From: Setoptus koraiensis
Lineage: Eukaryota; Animalia; Arthropoda
Assembly: GCA_048013815.1 (NCBI GenBank)
Contig: CM106585.1
Coordinates: 4,216,001-4,280,000, forward strand
Direction: 5' to 3'
DNA length: 64,000 nucleotides
Part shown: piece after piece, positions 21,212-32,300 of the stretch
How the letters are laid out: the number at the start of each line of letters is the position of its first letter
Numbering within the stretch: position 1 is the first letter of the stretch
Made by a program: the position numbers and the translations under genes
Notes under the pieces: generated by a model
Database searches by the model: none
Told to the model about the DNA's origin: nothing
What the model saw: only the letters and a program-made list of their open reading frames with translations

Positions 21212-21935
21212 ATGGTCATGATTGTTTGTTAGAATAACTTGATCTCAGAAGGCAATCTCATCGATTCAAATCCATCCGAGGCCTAACTTGCTTCTTTTAG
21301 ATTTTTTGTTGAGCTGTTACTCTCTCTTGTTCCCAGTTGCAAATCTGTCGCTAGCTGAGAGTTCCTTAACCTACATGGAAGTGAGTTTCTTAAGAAAGAC
21401 AGTTTGTGATATATGGACAGATAAAGAAACAAAGTAAGCCTCACTAGGATCAACTCCAGTTAATGTATCCAGCGTAGTTGCCTTTTGTCATTTAGCAGTA
21501 AATTCAACAGTAGCAACAGGTAGATACCGAAGAAACAACAAGCTGCTGTGTAGAGAAAAACAACTTTGAACAATCGTCGTATTGCTCGAATTCTTGTGCT
21601 CGATGTATCATAGCATTCAACTGTCTAAAAAGCTAGCTCATGAATCTGGCGAAATCTCATGCACCTCCCAGAAGTTATTTAAGTCAGTCCATGTTATATA
21701 TATATATGTGTGTATTGTGCGAAATTCTTTTATTATTTTGCTACCAGTTCTTTGCTCGATACCACAGTTTCATTCATTTATTTGCTGAGCTTGTCCATCT
21801 AGAGTAAAATAGTTGTACAGTTGTGTGAGTATGAGCTAAATAGAGATGATTACTAATTTCGTCAGGTGTTGTGCAGACCAATCTGTTGCAGTTGAAGTGG
21901 CAGTTACCGTTGATGCAATAGTGAATTTACAGTAG
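21212..21935 (+). CDS. Candidate unannotated small multi-exon gene (possibly a secreted Cys-rich peptide)
   Basis: Branch point CTAAC plus TTCTTTTAG acceptor at 21300; donors GTGAGT 21381, GTAAGC 21434 and GTCAGT 21683; acceptors at 21495, 21519 and 21865. Several phase-compatible models exist and no homolog was recognised. Confidence 0.3.
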
Positions 21936-23321
21936 TTGTAGTTTTTAGTGGTGGGATTTTCTACTAACAATATCATTGTGTTCGGTGTATATATATACAT
22001 ACATACATACATACATATAGAAGTACCTTGGAGAGCTGACAGAAGGGCGTAGATAATCACACACAAAAATTTACCATAAACTCATATCAAGTCATGTCAT
22101 ACAATTGTTGTGCACCTCACAAGTTGCCACCACATTATGAATGTATTTATCGAGCCAAAGGAGAATGGACGCTGCAAAAGTGACCAAAAACTAGTCGACC
22201 TGAGCTGGCAAGCCGACGTGATACTCAACAACCAAAGCGCAAATTTGTGTCTCGCTGCGGCTCCCATGGCTACTATGAGTGTCATAATAACTGTTCTGTC
22301 GCTTTAGCTCCAGTTTATTAAAAAACGGCTGGTATGATGTCGGCAAGTCCTAATAAACCGGTCAGTGTGATTAGCAACATTGGCCGCCGTTGATGTTGGC
22401 AGCAAAATTTCGTTTGTTACGATCATTTCCATGTCTCGCTGGCAACAAAAATGTGGCCAATTCAAGTTCGATCGCCGACGAAGTTGGAATTGAATTCAAA
22501 TGGGCCGATGCATGCGATTGCAACAATCAACAATTTGCAACGGAGTCGACCAATTGAAGCCGACATAATGACATTTTTTTTTCTATTGCCACCAGATAGC
22601 CACTGAATGGAAGGATAACAAGCGATCGGTACAAATGTGGTCAGCAAGAAACCATCGCTACACGGTCACTATGTCGGTGCACTACTGGTATTTGTTCTAG
22701 TGTAACAAATCAATCACAGGCAACGGATCAGTAGGTCTCCATTCATTGTGAGTCATACCGACCACACAAAGACTGCTCACCACCGAACATGATATGTGAT
22801 TTTTTATGATGATTGGTCAATAGTTTGCAACGTTATTATGGTCGCTTTACTCTGACTACCATCTAACAGCACAGCGACTCTGATCAGCGTCATGGAAGCA
22901 ATTCTACAAATCGTACTTTTCTATTCATCAGACATTACCAGTTGGTTAGCGATATAATCAAATGGTACCATTAATTTAATCCGGTCAATTTATCCTCAGA
23001 GTCTTCATCTCTTACGAGAAATAAATCCAATCTTCTTAATTGGAGAGGATCGCATCTCTCGGCGCCATTCGTGTATTTAACTGTGCTCATGCGCACTGGA
23101 TAGAAGATTCCAAATACAATCGAGTTTCTTCTATCACATGGTTTTGTTGGTTGATCATTAGGTAGTGAGGAGACTTCAAAATTTAGATCGGCTAAGCAAA
23201 TGTTTAGCTTTGTCTGATTAGTAACAAGCCATCCATTAGTTGATTTGTTAATTCCCAAAGTCGCTCTACATACCAGACATTTGGCCATTTTATACTCTAT
23301 CAATTAATAAATTACTTAGTA

Positions 23322-23729
23322 ATGGAGGACGATGAATTGGCAGCTTTGAGACAACAGAGACTCGCTCAATTGCAACAGCAACAGGGCCAACCGGAATCAG
23401 GCGGAGATGGCTCTGGCCAACAACAACAAAAGAGACAAGAACAACAAAAGGAACGCGAAGATGAGATGAGAAATAGTATTCTGAGCCAGGTCCTGACCCA
23501 AGAGGCTAGAGGTCGATTATCGACGCTTGGCGCAGCTAAACCAGATCGTGCCAGAATGGTAGAAAACATCATTATACAGAACGCTAGGATGGGTGCCATC
23601 AGAGGGAGAGTAGGGGAGGATCAATTGAAGGAGTTGCTTGAGAAAGTCACTGAACAGACAAAACGAGAAACTAAAGTCAGCTACGAACGGCGGAGGATTT
23701 TCGATGATGATAGCGATGAAGACGAGTAG
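23322..23729 (+). CDS. PDCD5: Programmed cell death protein 5
   Basis: MEDDELAALRQQRLAQLQ...RNSILSQVLTQEARGRLSTL...ENIIIQNARMG...EDQLKELLEKV...RRRIFDDD. Confidence 0.95.
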   Translation: MEDDELAALRQQRLAQLQQQQGQPESGGDGSGQQQQKRQEQQKEREDEMRNSILSQVLTQEARGRLSTLGAAKPDRARMVENIIIQNARMGAIRGRVGEDQLKELLEKVTEQTKRETKVSYERRRIFDDDSDEDE

Positions 23730-23780
23730 ACAACACAAATTGATTATATTAATTAATTAAAATTTTTATTTTCTTGATTC

Positions 23781-24995
23781 TCACATATTGCAGATAAGAT
23801 TGGCATTCCATAATTTAATTGATCGGTCATTGCCTGTTGTTAATAATAGTTGTTTTGTTTCATTTAAATCCATATAACTTATAATATGCTTTGCATTGTA
23901 AAAACTAGCTAAAGGCACTCTACTTGTGTCATTGAACAAGGGAAAACACTCATCACAAACTCTGACTGGAAATTCAAATCCCATCGCTGGTATGCTTGTT
24001 CTCTGTCTACTACAATCTGCACATACTGCCTTGCCACAATTACGACAATGATGCTGTCTAATACCTAACGTCTTCAATTCATACATAGCCTTCAAGTTCC
24101 AAAAGAATGGCTTTCTACATCTTTGGCAACAGTCGCTTTCGCCCCATTGTGGTGTCATGACACGTTTTGCTTTCATGTTCCATGCAACAACAATACAATC
24201 TTCACCGCCTGATATCAATGATTTGTTTAATCTGGAATAAATCAAAGAGGTCACTTTACTTTTGTGTCCTTGCAGCTCATACGCCGTGCCTTTCAGGCCT
24301 CCTATGTCCCAACAGATTATAACTTGATCTACGCCAGCTGAGAAGAGCATATTAGTCAGAGGGTCCCATTCGAGGAACCTTATTGATGCTTGATGACCAT
24401 GCAAATGTGTTACAGGCTTAAAGCCGTTTTCGTCCAATTTTAGCATTGTTATCTGGCCGCTTTGATCACCAATAAACACACACTTTGATTGTGAATCAAA
24501 TTGAATTGAAGTACATGGTGCCAAGCACTGGTAACAGCCCAAGCTGTAGGCTGTCTCAGAGCTAAACCAACTGAAACATTTGTCTCGACTTGCGCTAAGT
24601 AACCATTGACATGTTGATGAGTACAATAAAGAGGTTACCTTGCCCTGATGTGATGGGTAATAACGCGAATGAACTATACGATTATAGTCCTCTAGAACAG
24701 AAAACTCGGATATTGTTCCGTTCTCTGAACCAACAAATAGCCTTTTGGTGTCGTGATCGAACTCAAAGCACGTAGGTGAACTCGTTAGTACATGACAGAC
24801 ACTAGGCCAATAAGTGCCACGTTCAGCACGATGAAGCCAAATTCTAATAGTATTATCCTGACTGATACTGATGACGCCATCGTCGTCCCGCAATATTCGT
24901 GCCTGATTGATTACGTCCTCATGACCCTCCAGTTTTGCCACCAGTTCCAATGTTGAAATAGTATCCTTATGGCCCACTAATTCTAGTCGAGACAT
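23781..24995 (-). CDS. WDFY2: WD repeat and FYVE domain-containing protein (WDFY1/2), intronless
   Basis: WD40 repeats (LEGHEDVINQA...DNTIRIW) plus a FYVE domain (WGESDCCQRCRKPFFWN...RQHHCRNCGKAVC..CS...RVCDEC). Confidence 0.95.
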   Translation of the reverse strand: MSRLELVGHKDTISTLELVAKLEGHEDVINQARILRDDDGVISISQDNTIRIWLHRAERGTYWPSVCHVLTSSPTCFEFDHDTKRLFVGSENGTISEFSVLEDYNRIVHSRYYPSHQGKVTSLLYSSTCQWLLSASRDKCFSWFSSETAYSLGCYQCLAPCTSIQFDSQSKCVFIGDQSGQITMLKLDENGFKPVTHLHGHQASIRFLEWDPLTNMLFSAGVDQVIICWDIGGLKGTAYELQGHKSKVTSLIYSRLNKSLISGGEDCIVVAWNMKAKRVMTPQWGESDCCQRCRKPFFWNLKAMYELKTLGIRQHHCRNCGKAVCADCSRQRTSIPAMGFEFPVRVCDECFPLFNDTSRVPLASFYNAKHIISYMDLNETKQLLLTTGNDRSIKLWNANLICNM

Positions 24996-25708
24996 GTTAA
25001 TACTTGTTGTTGTATTTGTTGTTGTATTTTGTGTTGTATTTTATGTTGTATTAGTTGTTATTGTTGTTGTTGTTGTTATTTTATTTTATTTTATTTGTCA
25101 ATTAATTAATTCGTTGATTGTGTTCGAAATATTCATAAATAAATATATTGACTGTCATATGATTGGGCGGACCCCGCACATCCCGCACACCTCACGCAGC
25201 GCACACAATGAACTCTCTGTGCTTGTCCGCTGCGCAGGTGCTTTTGTGCCCTCGGCGCTGGCTCCTGCCGCCACGACCACTGCAATCTTTATTTGGTTTG
25301 TCAGATGTACGGTCCATCTCGGGCTAGTGGATATCATGATAACCCTCGGTCCGATCTATTTATTATTTCCATCGCTATTGTAGACTGGGTTGCATGATGA
25401 GAATTGAATTGTTATTATTATTATTCTTATTATTATTACACTATTTGAATTAGGACACATTCTTCAGTTACATCGATAAGAAAAAGACTAAATATCGGCA
25501 AGTGGATCACTTTGGCTCGATTAGTCGCCACACTGTACATCCATATCCAGAGGTATAACAGGATTATTACACATGTTACATAGTACACGGCATAATATTT
25601 GTATAAATGTGTAAATGTTTGTCTCGTTGTTATTATCAATTATTATCATCGACATACCCCAGCACATCAGCATTGGACGACATTATTCCTGTCCAGAAAT
25701 TCGCTTGA

Positions 25709-28700
25709 ATGATCACCATAACAGATTTAGCTGCTGTCACCCTTGCAGTGTTTTATGCATCCTTGCTGATCACCTTTAGATCTTTGTTATCATTAACAAT
25801 ATGTTTATCGATATTTTTTGTTATTTATAAACTGTCATTCCTATACTTTGAGCAACTACTCATTGATCACCCGGGTAGGAGGCGCCAAAAATTTTACATT
25901 CGAGCCCGCGATAGCCAAAATGACGACGAGCTACGTGATCAGATACGTGGCTCATCTCCAAAGCCCAACTCACTATTACCAGGGGAAGGATGGATGAATA
26001 CAGATGATCAATTGTCATCATTTGCCCCACCGACTCCCACGTCAGCAACACTAGAGACCATCTCACCTCAATCACAACATTCAAGTCAGTCTACTGGTCC
26101 GTCTAGTCAACTAATTGGACACTCTCAGATTGATGATCAAGCTAAACAAGATAAATATTCAAGCCATAATAATCAAAAGAATACATCTGATAAACGAGCG
26201 ACAACTTCTTGTTCAATGAACACAAAACTCGATTGTTGTTGTGTCAAATGTAAAGATTTATATACAAATCCATGGAAAGATCTCAAAATAGACAGAAAAG
26301 TTGATGATGCGTTGCAAGAATTTCTCGAATTAATAATCAATGATTACATTCAATCATGGTATGTTTGTCAGACAGAACAAGACGAACATTTCATTTATGA
26401 AGTAAAGCTAGCTATACAATATGTAATAGCTAATGTGATAAAACGATTCCGCGCTATTGAATCAATTGATATATTTATTGACTCCATTGGACCAATTGTT
26501 ACAAGTCACTTAGACGGTTTTATTAAAGCATTGGAGCCAAATGATATTGATTGCCCAATTGGCGAAACTATTGTTGAAAGATATATACGATTAAATCAAA
26601 TGCACGAAGCCTTGACAAGCCGAACGAAAGAAATCGAGTGGATAAGAACAATAGTGACCGAATGTATGCCCTATCTATTGCCACCGAGATATTTAACATG
26701 CAAGTTAGCTAGAACCTTACTTAGGGAGCTATTTGCTAGTGGAATAATATTGCCTGCCCTAGATTTAGCTTCGAAACCAGAATCCATTTATTCAATGTTA
26801 AGTTTTATATTGGCACCAAATGACGATAACCGATCTTATTCCGTTTTTCTCTACCCATTGCTTGGTTCAAACTTGATGAACTGGAACCAGCAGCAGCATT
26901 CTCGTGACATAATTAATGAAAACAATCAGAATGATGAAGTACAATTGCTAAGAAATTTTATCAAGAAACAACCACAGGAGAGACAAGCACATACCAAGGA
27001 AGAGAAGTCTGATAGCAAAAGTAATAGCGCAGAGAGTCTTCACGAAACCAATCAAAATACCGACGCAGGAAATGGCGAATCCGGATCCTCTACATTAACG
27101 AGTATAGGAGAACGATTAGTCAAAGATTTGAGTGCTTGGAGCGCAACAATATCGCGATTCGAATGTCGTCTAGACAAGGAAACAAACAGGAAATACTTTT
27201 GTTTCTTAATCAATGTACACAGACTTGTAGAGATGCCAAAGGCGCCAAGATCATACTCATCAGATTTAGATCAGCAAGAGTCTCCATCTCAATCGGATCT
27301 GGAGCATTATTCCACTGCGGTACAGAAGTGGCAAATCGAACGGAGATATAATGAGTTTTATGCATTGGAGTCACGTTTAAGAGAGTTTCATGGCGACATA
27401 TTGAATGATGTCATTCTACCAACTAGAAGAACTTTCCTAAAGAAGGGCCATGATTATATGCAGTCACGCCAAATGGAATTCGAACGTTTCCTACAATGCC
27501 TGTTGGCCATACCATCTTTGAGACGTAGCGAATCGGTGCGCAATTTCTTATCGAATCCCTCTGTGAGATTTACCGAGAGCATGTTGCCCGATTTGAACAT
27601 CAGCAAAATGATCAAAACTGTTCCAGCTAAACTGAGTCAAGAGCGCGGTCAGCACTTGGAAGATTTCCTCGTGGAATTTGTCGCCAGTACAGAGACCATA
27701 TCGACTTCAACACATCCCGAGATGAAACACAAGAGTGTATGGCATGATCAACAAGTGATGATGGGTGCTGTCGTTGATGATGGAACGGGATCTTGTAGAT
27801 CGTCTCTATTGAGGCAGAGCTCCACAGATGATAACGATGAAGATCACCAGGAGCAGAGAGGACAAATCCCAAACAATCCTAGAATTGTTGAACCATTTCA
27901 ACCGCTCAACCGCACCCCGGAGTCAAAATCTACTCAATACATGTGTCATCATCTATATGATTGTCTATTATACTTGCTGTTGCGTATATATAGACTTAAT
28001 AATTTGTTCACCAGCATACTGATATTATTTCAATTCCTAATGAGACGTTGGCTACAATCGTATTGCAAGAAGCTGCTGTTGTTCGCATTGACAAGGCCAA
28101 CAGCAACTAAACTATCGGTTGATAGTAGCGGACCGAATAGCGACAATCAGCATAACGATAATCACAGTGGGCCCATCCGCGTGGAGTCGCCCGTTTCAGT
28201 GTTGATGTTGCACGCGTTGAGAGACGCGTTATTTTCAAACAGGAATGAGCAGCAATTTGATGAGGACAATGATACAACAATCGTGTCTGGAGCAGCTGCT
28301 GGGGGCGGCTTGTTGGAGGAGTCATCGAGCAGTGTAAAACACTTTGGATCAAGGACAAATTTAAGCATGTCAGGTGATAATAATAATGAACAGCAACAGC
28401 TAGAAAAGTTAGAAAAGATTCCGGTAATAAATAATGATAATACCAACATTGTTGTTGATGTCACGTTAAACGGACGTCAAGATAAAATAAATATCAAGAC
28501 GACTCATGACTGCATTGTTAACAGAGCTAACAATCAATCATTGTTGTTATCTAGCAATGGAAGATCAACTCAACAGCAACGCCAACAGCAACAACAACAA
28601 CAACAACAGCAATTGGATGCTGCAACTAGATCATCAGAATACCTGAACATCGATCAGCATTTATGTGACGAATACTTTTGTCATTGCCGGAATAGTAGCA

Positions 28701-29344
28701 ATGTCAGGCAATTGTTGAGTGGTAATGGCGGTGGTAGTGGTAGTGGTAAAGGTGGTTGTTGTAATTGTGGTGATAGTGGTGATGATGATAATGATAATAT
28801 CAATCACACAACTGCAAACATTGTTAATGGCGACAGTGGAGCAAGTTGCGATGATAGTTGTAGCAGCACCAGCACCACTGCCAGCTCCTCTGATGGCAAT
28901 GAAATATGTGTCGGCGATATTGATGATGATATGATTCAGCGTCATGTTTGTTTCAAGCAACATCATTTAAGGCAACATCATTGCGGCCAGCAGCAGCTAC
29001 AACAACGTCAGCGGGCTATTTATGAGAAACAACAAACAGATAATTCATCATCGTGGGCAAACAATAACAACAATAACAAGGCTAACAAAAATAAAAATAG
29101 CGATGCCATTAGAGATAGTGGCAGTGGCGAGTCGAGTGAACAATATCGGTTATCTCTAAAGCGATTAATTGATGTTTTACCTAACTCGCTCATAAAACAG
29201 TTTCTTGGTGGCGAAAATAACCATGAAATGGCGTGTAAGCTAATATTGTCATCATTGAATTATAGTCGATTGAATAAGCAAATAATCTTCTTATTGTTAA
29301 ATGTTTACCTAAGAGAGCTATTCCCCGAGCTGATAATGAAATAA
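25709..29344 (+). CDS. SNX14: Sorting nexin-14-like (TM-PXA-PX-PXC), no RGS domain, intronless
   Basis: Two N-terminal hydrophobic helices; PXA (VDDALQEFLELIINDYIQSWY); PX (WQIERRYNEFYALESRLREFHG...FERFLQCLL); SNX14-type ERGQHLEDFL; C-terminal LNKQIIFLLLNVYLRELFPEL. Confidence 0.85.
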   Translation: MITITDLAAVTLAVFYASLLITFRSLLSLTICLSIFFVIYKLSFLYFEQLLIDHPGRRRQKFYIRARDSQNDDELRDQIRGSSPKPNSLLPGEGWMNTDDQLSSFAPPTPTSATLETISPQSQHSSQSTGPSSQLIGHSQIDDQAKQDKYSSHNNQKNTSDKRATTSCSMNTKLDCCCVKCKDLYTNPWKDLKIDRKVDDALQEFLELIINDYIQSWYVCQTEQDEHFIYEVKLAIQYVIANVIKRFRAIESIDIFIDSIGPIVTSHLDGFIKALEPNDIDCPIGETIVERYIRLNQMHEALTSRTKEIEWIRTIVTECMPYLLPPRYLTCKLARTLLRELFASGIILPALDLASKPESIYSMLSFILAPNDDNRSYSVFLYPLLGSNLMNWNQQQHSRDIINENNQNDEVQLLRNFIKKQPQERQAHTKEEKSDSKSNSAESLHETNQNTDAGNGESGSSTLTSIGERLVKDLSAWSATISRFECRLDKETNRKYFCFLINVHRLVEMPKAPRSYSSDLDQQESPSQSDLEHYSTAVQKWQIERRYNEFYALESRLREFHGDILNDVILPTRRTFLKKGHDYMQSRQMEFERFLQCLLAIPSLRRSESVRNFLSNPSVRFTESMLPDLNISKMIKTVPAKLSQERGQHLEDFLVEFVASTETISTSTHPEMKHKSVWHDQQVMMGAVVDDGTGSCRSSLLRQSSTDDNDEDHQEQRGQIPNNPRIVEPFQPLNRTPESKSTQYMCHHLYDCLLYLLLRIYRLNNLFTSILILFQFLMRRWLQSYCKKLLLFALTRPTATKLSVDSSGPNSDNQHNDNHSGPIRVESPVSVLMLHALRDALFSNRNEQQFDEDNDTTIVSGAAAGGGLLEESSSSVKHFGSRTNLSMSGDNNNEQQQLEKLEKIPVINNDNTNIVVDVTLNGRQDKINIKTTHDCIVNRANNQSLLLSSNGRSTQQQRQQQQQQQQQQLDAATRSSEYLNIDQHLCDEYFCHCRNSSNVRQLLSGNGGGSGSGKGGCCNCGDSGDDDNDNINHTTANIVNGDSGASCDDSCSSTSTTASSSDGNEICVGDIDDDMIQRHVCFKQHHLRQHHCGQQQLQQRQRAIYEKQQTDNSSSWANNNNNNKANKNKNSDAIRDSGSGESSEQYRLSLKRLIDVLPNSLIKQFLGGENNHEMACKLILSSLNYSRLNKQIIFLLLNVYLRELFPELIMK

Positions 29345-32300
29345 AAATATCACCACTCTAACTAACAATCGTGCAATTAATCGCAAATGAAATAACCGGC
29401 TCATATTTTCCTACGTCGCCCACTAACAACGACAACGACAGCAACAACAAAGCTGCCTATACCAACAAAGCTGCTATATAACGAGATATAAAATGAAATA
29501 AACAAACACACTCACACCAAACATATGATATCATATCGGCATTGCTAATTGTTGTTTAATTCTCGACTTTGTCGTCTTGATTGTGGCAGTTGGAGCGCAA
29601 TGTAGCCCGAGCTAGAGTGGGCAAAATATAGCAACAATTTTGCCGAAACAAGCAACCACTGGCTTATGGCGGCAGCGACGTTACGGCGTTAGGCGGCGGC
29701 TCATGTTGTGGCATGTTGTGGCCAGCAAACAACCTGTTGCGCTTAGTTGCCGGCCAACATGCCACAGTGATGGCAATGGGACAATAATGGCCCGATATAC
29801 GCCGAGTTTATATGACTGTCACATTTATCATGCGTCGCGCATCTTTTATTGGCAGCTCGAGGCGGCCAAAGATGCCGTAATTCATGCCGTTTGGTGTTGG
29901 TGGTATCAGTGCCATCGGCCAATAACTAGCCGCATTGGCGGCCGGCAGCGGACGGCAGCGGATAGCCGCGGATCGCAGCGGATAACAGCGGACAGAGAAA
30001 TTATACATCGACACGAGGCAGGCAGCGTTGCATCGAGCCAACTGGCCGGCTCACATTCGAGCATTCGAGCATTCGAGCATTTGGGCATGGGACGGCTGGC
30101 GAGCATTTGCCGGGGACGAAGCCCGAAAGTGCTGGCGTCACTAGTTGTGCCGGCGACATGGCCTATAGCTACGTAACGATAGTACCATGTAATAGCGCCT
30201 ATTTATAGGCACGCCGTTGTACGCCGTCCTGCGCTGTTACATGGTGTGATGGTCGAGAGTGACCATTGATGAGTTGTTGCGATGATGGCACCATTAGAAA
30301 GTTGTTGCACTTGTTGTGCTGTCAATGGTCAGCTCGTTTTGCGACGGGTTCAAGTTCAAGTTCGAGTTCGAGTTCATGCCAGCTTGGGCCGCTGGCGTGG
30401 TCGCCGAGTAACTGTACATCGTGCCGTTTCGCTTTAGGCTCTAGGCTGCTCCCTGTTCGGGTTCGCGTTCGCTTTGGCGCATCGCATCGCGTTCGGACGG
30501 CCGCGTCGCGTCCGAAGCCGAAGCATGTGCGGCCGATGTATGATAAAGCCGGCCAGGCGGACATAGAGCAAAATAATGGCAGCGACCAAACAAGTGCATT
30601 TGCTGCTAAAAAAGCAGCCATTTATGGCGGATTTGGATGTTTGGGCAGCAGAAGAATGCGCCGGCGCGTTTATTTACAAGGCCGGCCAGCCTTGTGAGAG
30701 CCGGCAAGTGCAGCAAGTGTTCGTACGAGAGTTAAATATAACGCCAGCAGTGGCCAGCAAACAGACAGCCAACAAAGAGTAACGGACAGCGTTGGCCAAA
30801 TTGCCTTTGTCCACGGTCGCTTGCTCGTAAATTGTTGCTTCGGCAGCTTTGTGGCGCTGCCATTCTTTTTGCGCCATGCGGAATGGTTCGCTCGAGCTTC
30901 TCCGGCTTCTCTGGCTTCTCTGAGACGGGGCAGACAAGTCGGAGAAGGCGCAGAGAAGGGGCAGAGAACGCGCGCAGGGCAGCGAACGATTCGCGCGATT
31001 TCGCCGCGTTGAGCCGCGCTGAGCCACGGTGGCCGGTAGTCGGTGCGGCGCGAGTAACGGGCCAACGCGGCCGACTCAGCCGAGAGAAGCGCCAGAGAGG
31101 GCGAGAGAGCGGGCAAAAGAGCGCCGGCCAAACGCGAAATTCCGAGCGAGAAGACGGACGCGCTGCTATAATTTAGTGCTGGCTGTATCATCATTATCGT
31201 AAAAAAGAGAGAGAGAGAGCAGCAAAATATTCAATCAACTGGGAGCGCCGGTTCGACGACCTCTGGCCGAGCACGCCGTCAAGTGGCCGCGTCCCCCCGG
31301 AGCGGCCATCTCTGGCTAGGCCAATTCATGCGCCGCTGTCCGACACATAACGGCGATGCCAGCGAGAGTGAAGCGTCAGTAAGTGAGAGTAACAGTTGAA
31401 TCGATCGCACCGGATCGCGCCGGATCACACCGGACCGGACCGAATTGCGCCGCGCTGCGCCGGACCGGCCGACCGAGCGTTACTATTATTGGCATATACA
31501 ATGTATACCGCGGTGTCGTCCGCGAGCGGAAACAACAAGTTTGCTCCAATGGCCACTATTATGCAAATAGCGTCAACATGTGAGAGCGCCGATGCGCCCG
31601 TGCTACCCGTTAACCGGCCCAAAATAGTGTTCCTGTTGGCCGCTTCCTATCGGCCCTTCCGTTCAGTTGCTATTTTTAACATTTTGCATTCGGGGTTTGG
31701 CCGCCGCTGGCCACTGTTTGCGTCTTGCGTCGACCGGCGCACTGCGCCCCATTGTTGCCGCTAGACCGGGCAGCGACCCGGCGGTTACAGCGGCAGCGAC
31801 ACCGGCAGCGACACCGGCAGCCACATCGGCAGTGACACTAGCGGGGCCGAGTCACCGTTAGCGCCGGCCCGGTCTCGACCGATCATCTCCTTCCGATGCG
31901 CGTCGCGCGACCGTTGCCCTCGGATGGCCGCTCGAACCCGTGCCGCACGGGCCGTGCGAGCCTTTCAACAAGTTCACCAGTTGAGCGGCTCATCTGCTTA
32001 GCATGTGTGCCGCCTGTGCGCCGGTCGACTGTTCGGCTGGGCGACGCGCCAACAGCAGAACCCAGTGACGGGGCCCGACGACGGAGCCCGATGACGGCGC
32101 CCGATGACGGAACCCGCCGGACTAGACGGGTACGTGGCGAATCGCAGCGAATTGCTGTCACAATTGTCGAATGTCAATTGCGACGGGCTCACGGGCCGGC
32201 CAATTGGTCAGCCGGGCGACGGGCGACTTTTGATTGCAGCCGCTGTGCCGGTGCCGTGCTCGTCGTGCTTGCCGACAAGATCCAGTCTATTTTTCGAATC

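Noticed and set aside
21567-21569. In-frame TGA as selenocysteine in the hidden gene
   Set aside because: Alternative splicing models avoid this codon, there is no redox motif context and I saw no SECIS-like hairpin.
22971-23303. 110-aa minus-strand ORF head-to-head with PDCD5
   Set aside because: It starts within 35 bp of the PDCD5 ATG, overlaps its probable promoter/5' UTR and has no recognisable motif.
30836-30847. TGCTTCGGCAGC resembling the U6 snRNA 5' stem-loop
   Set aside because: The match stops after 12 nt; the following ACATATAC and the ACAGAGA box are absent.
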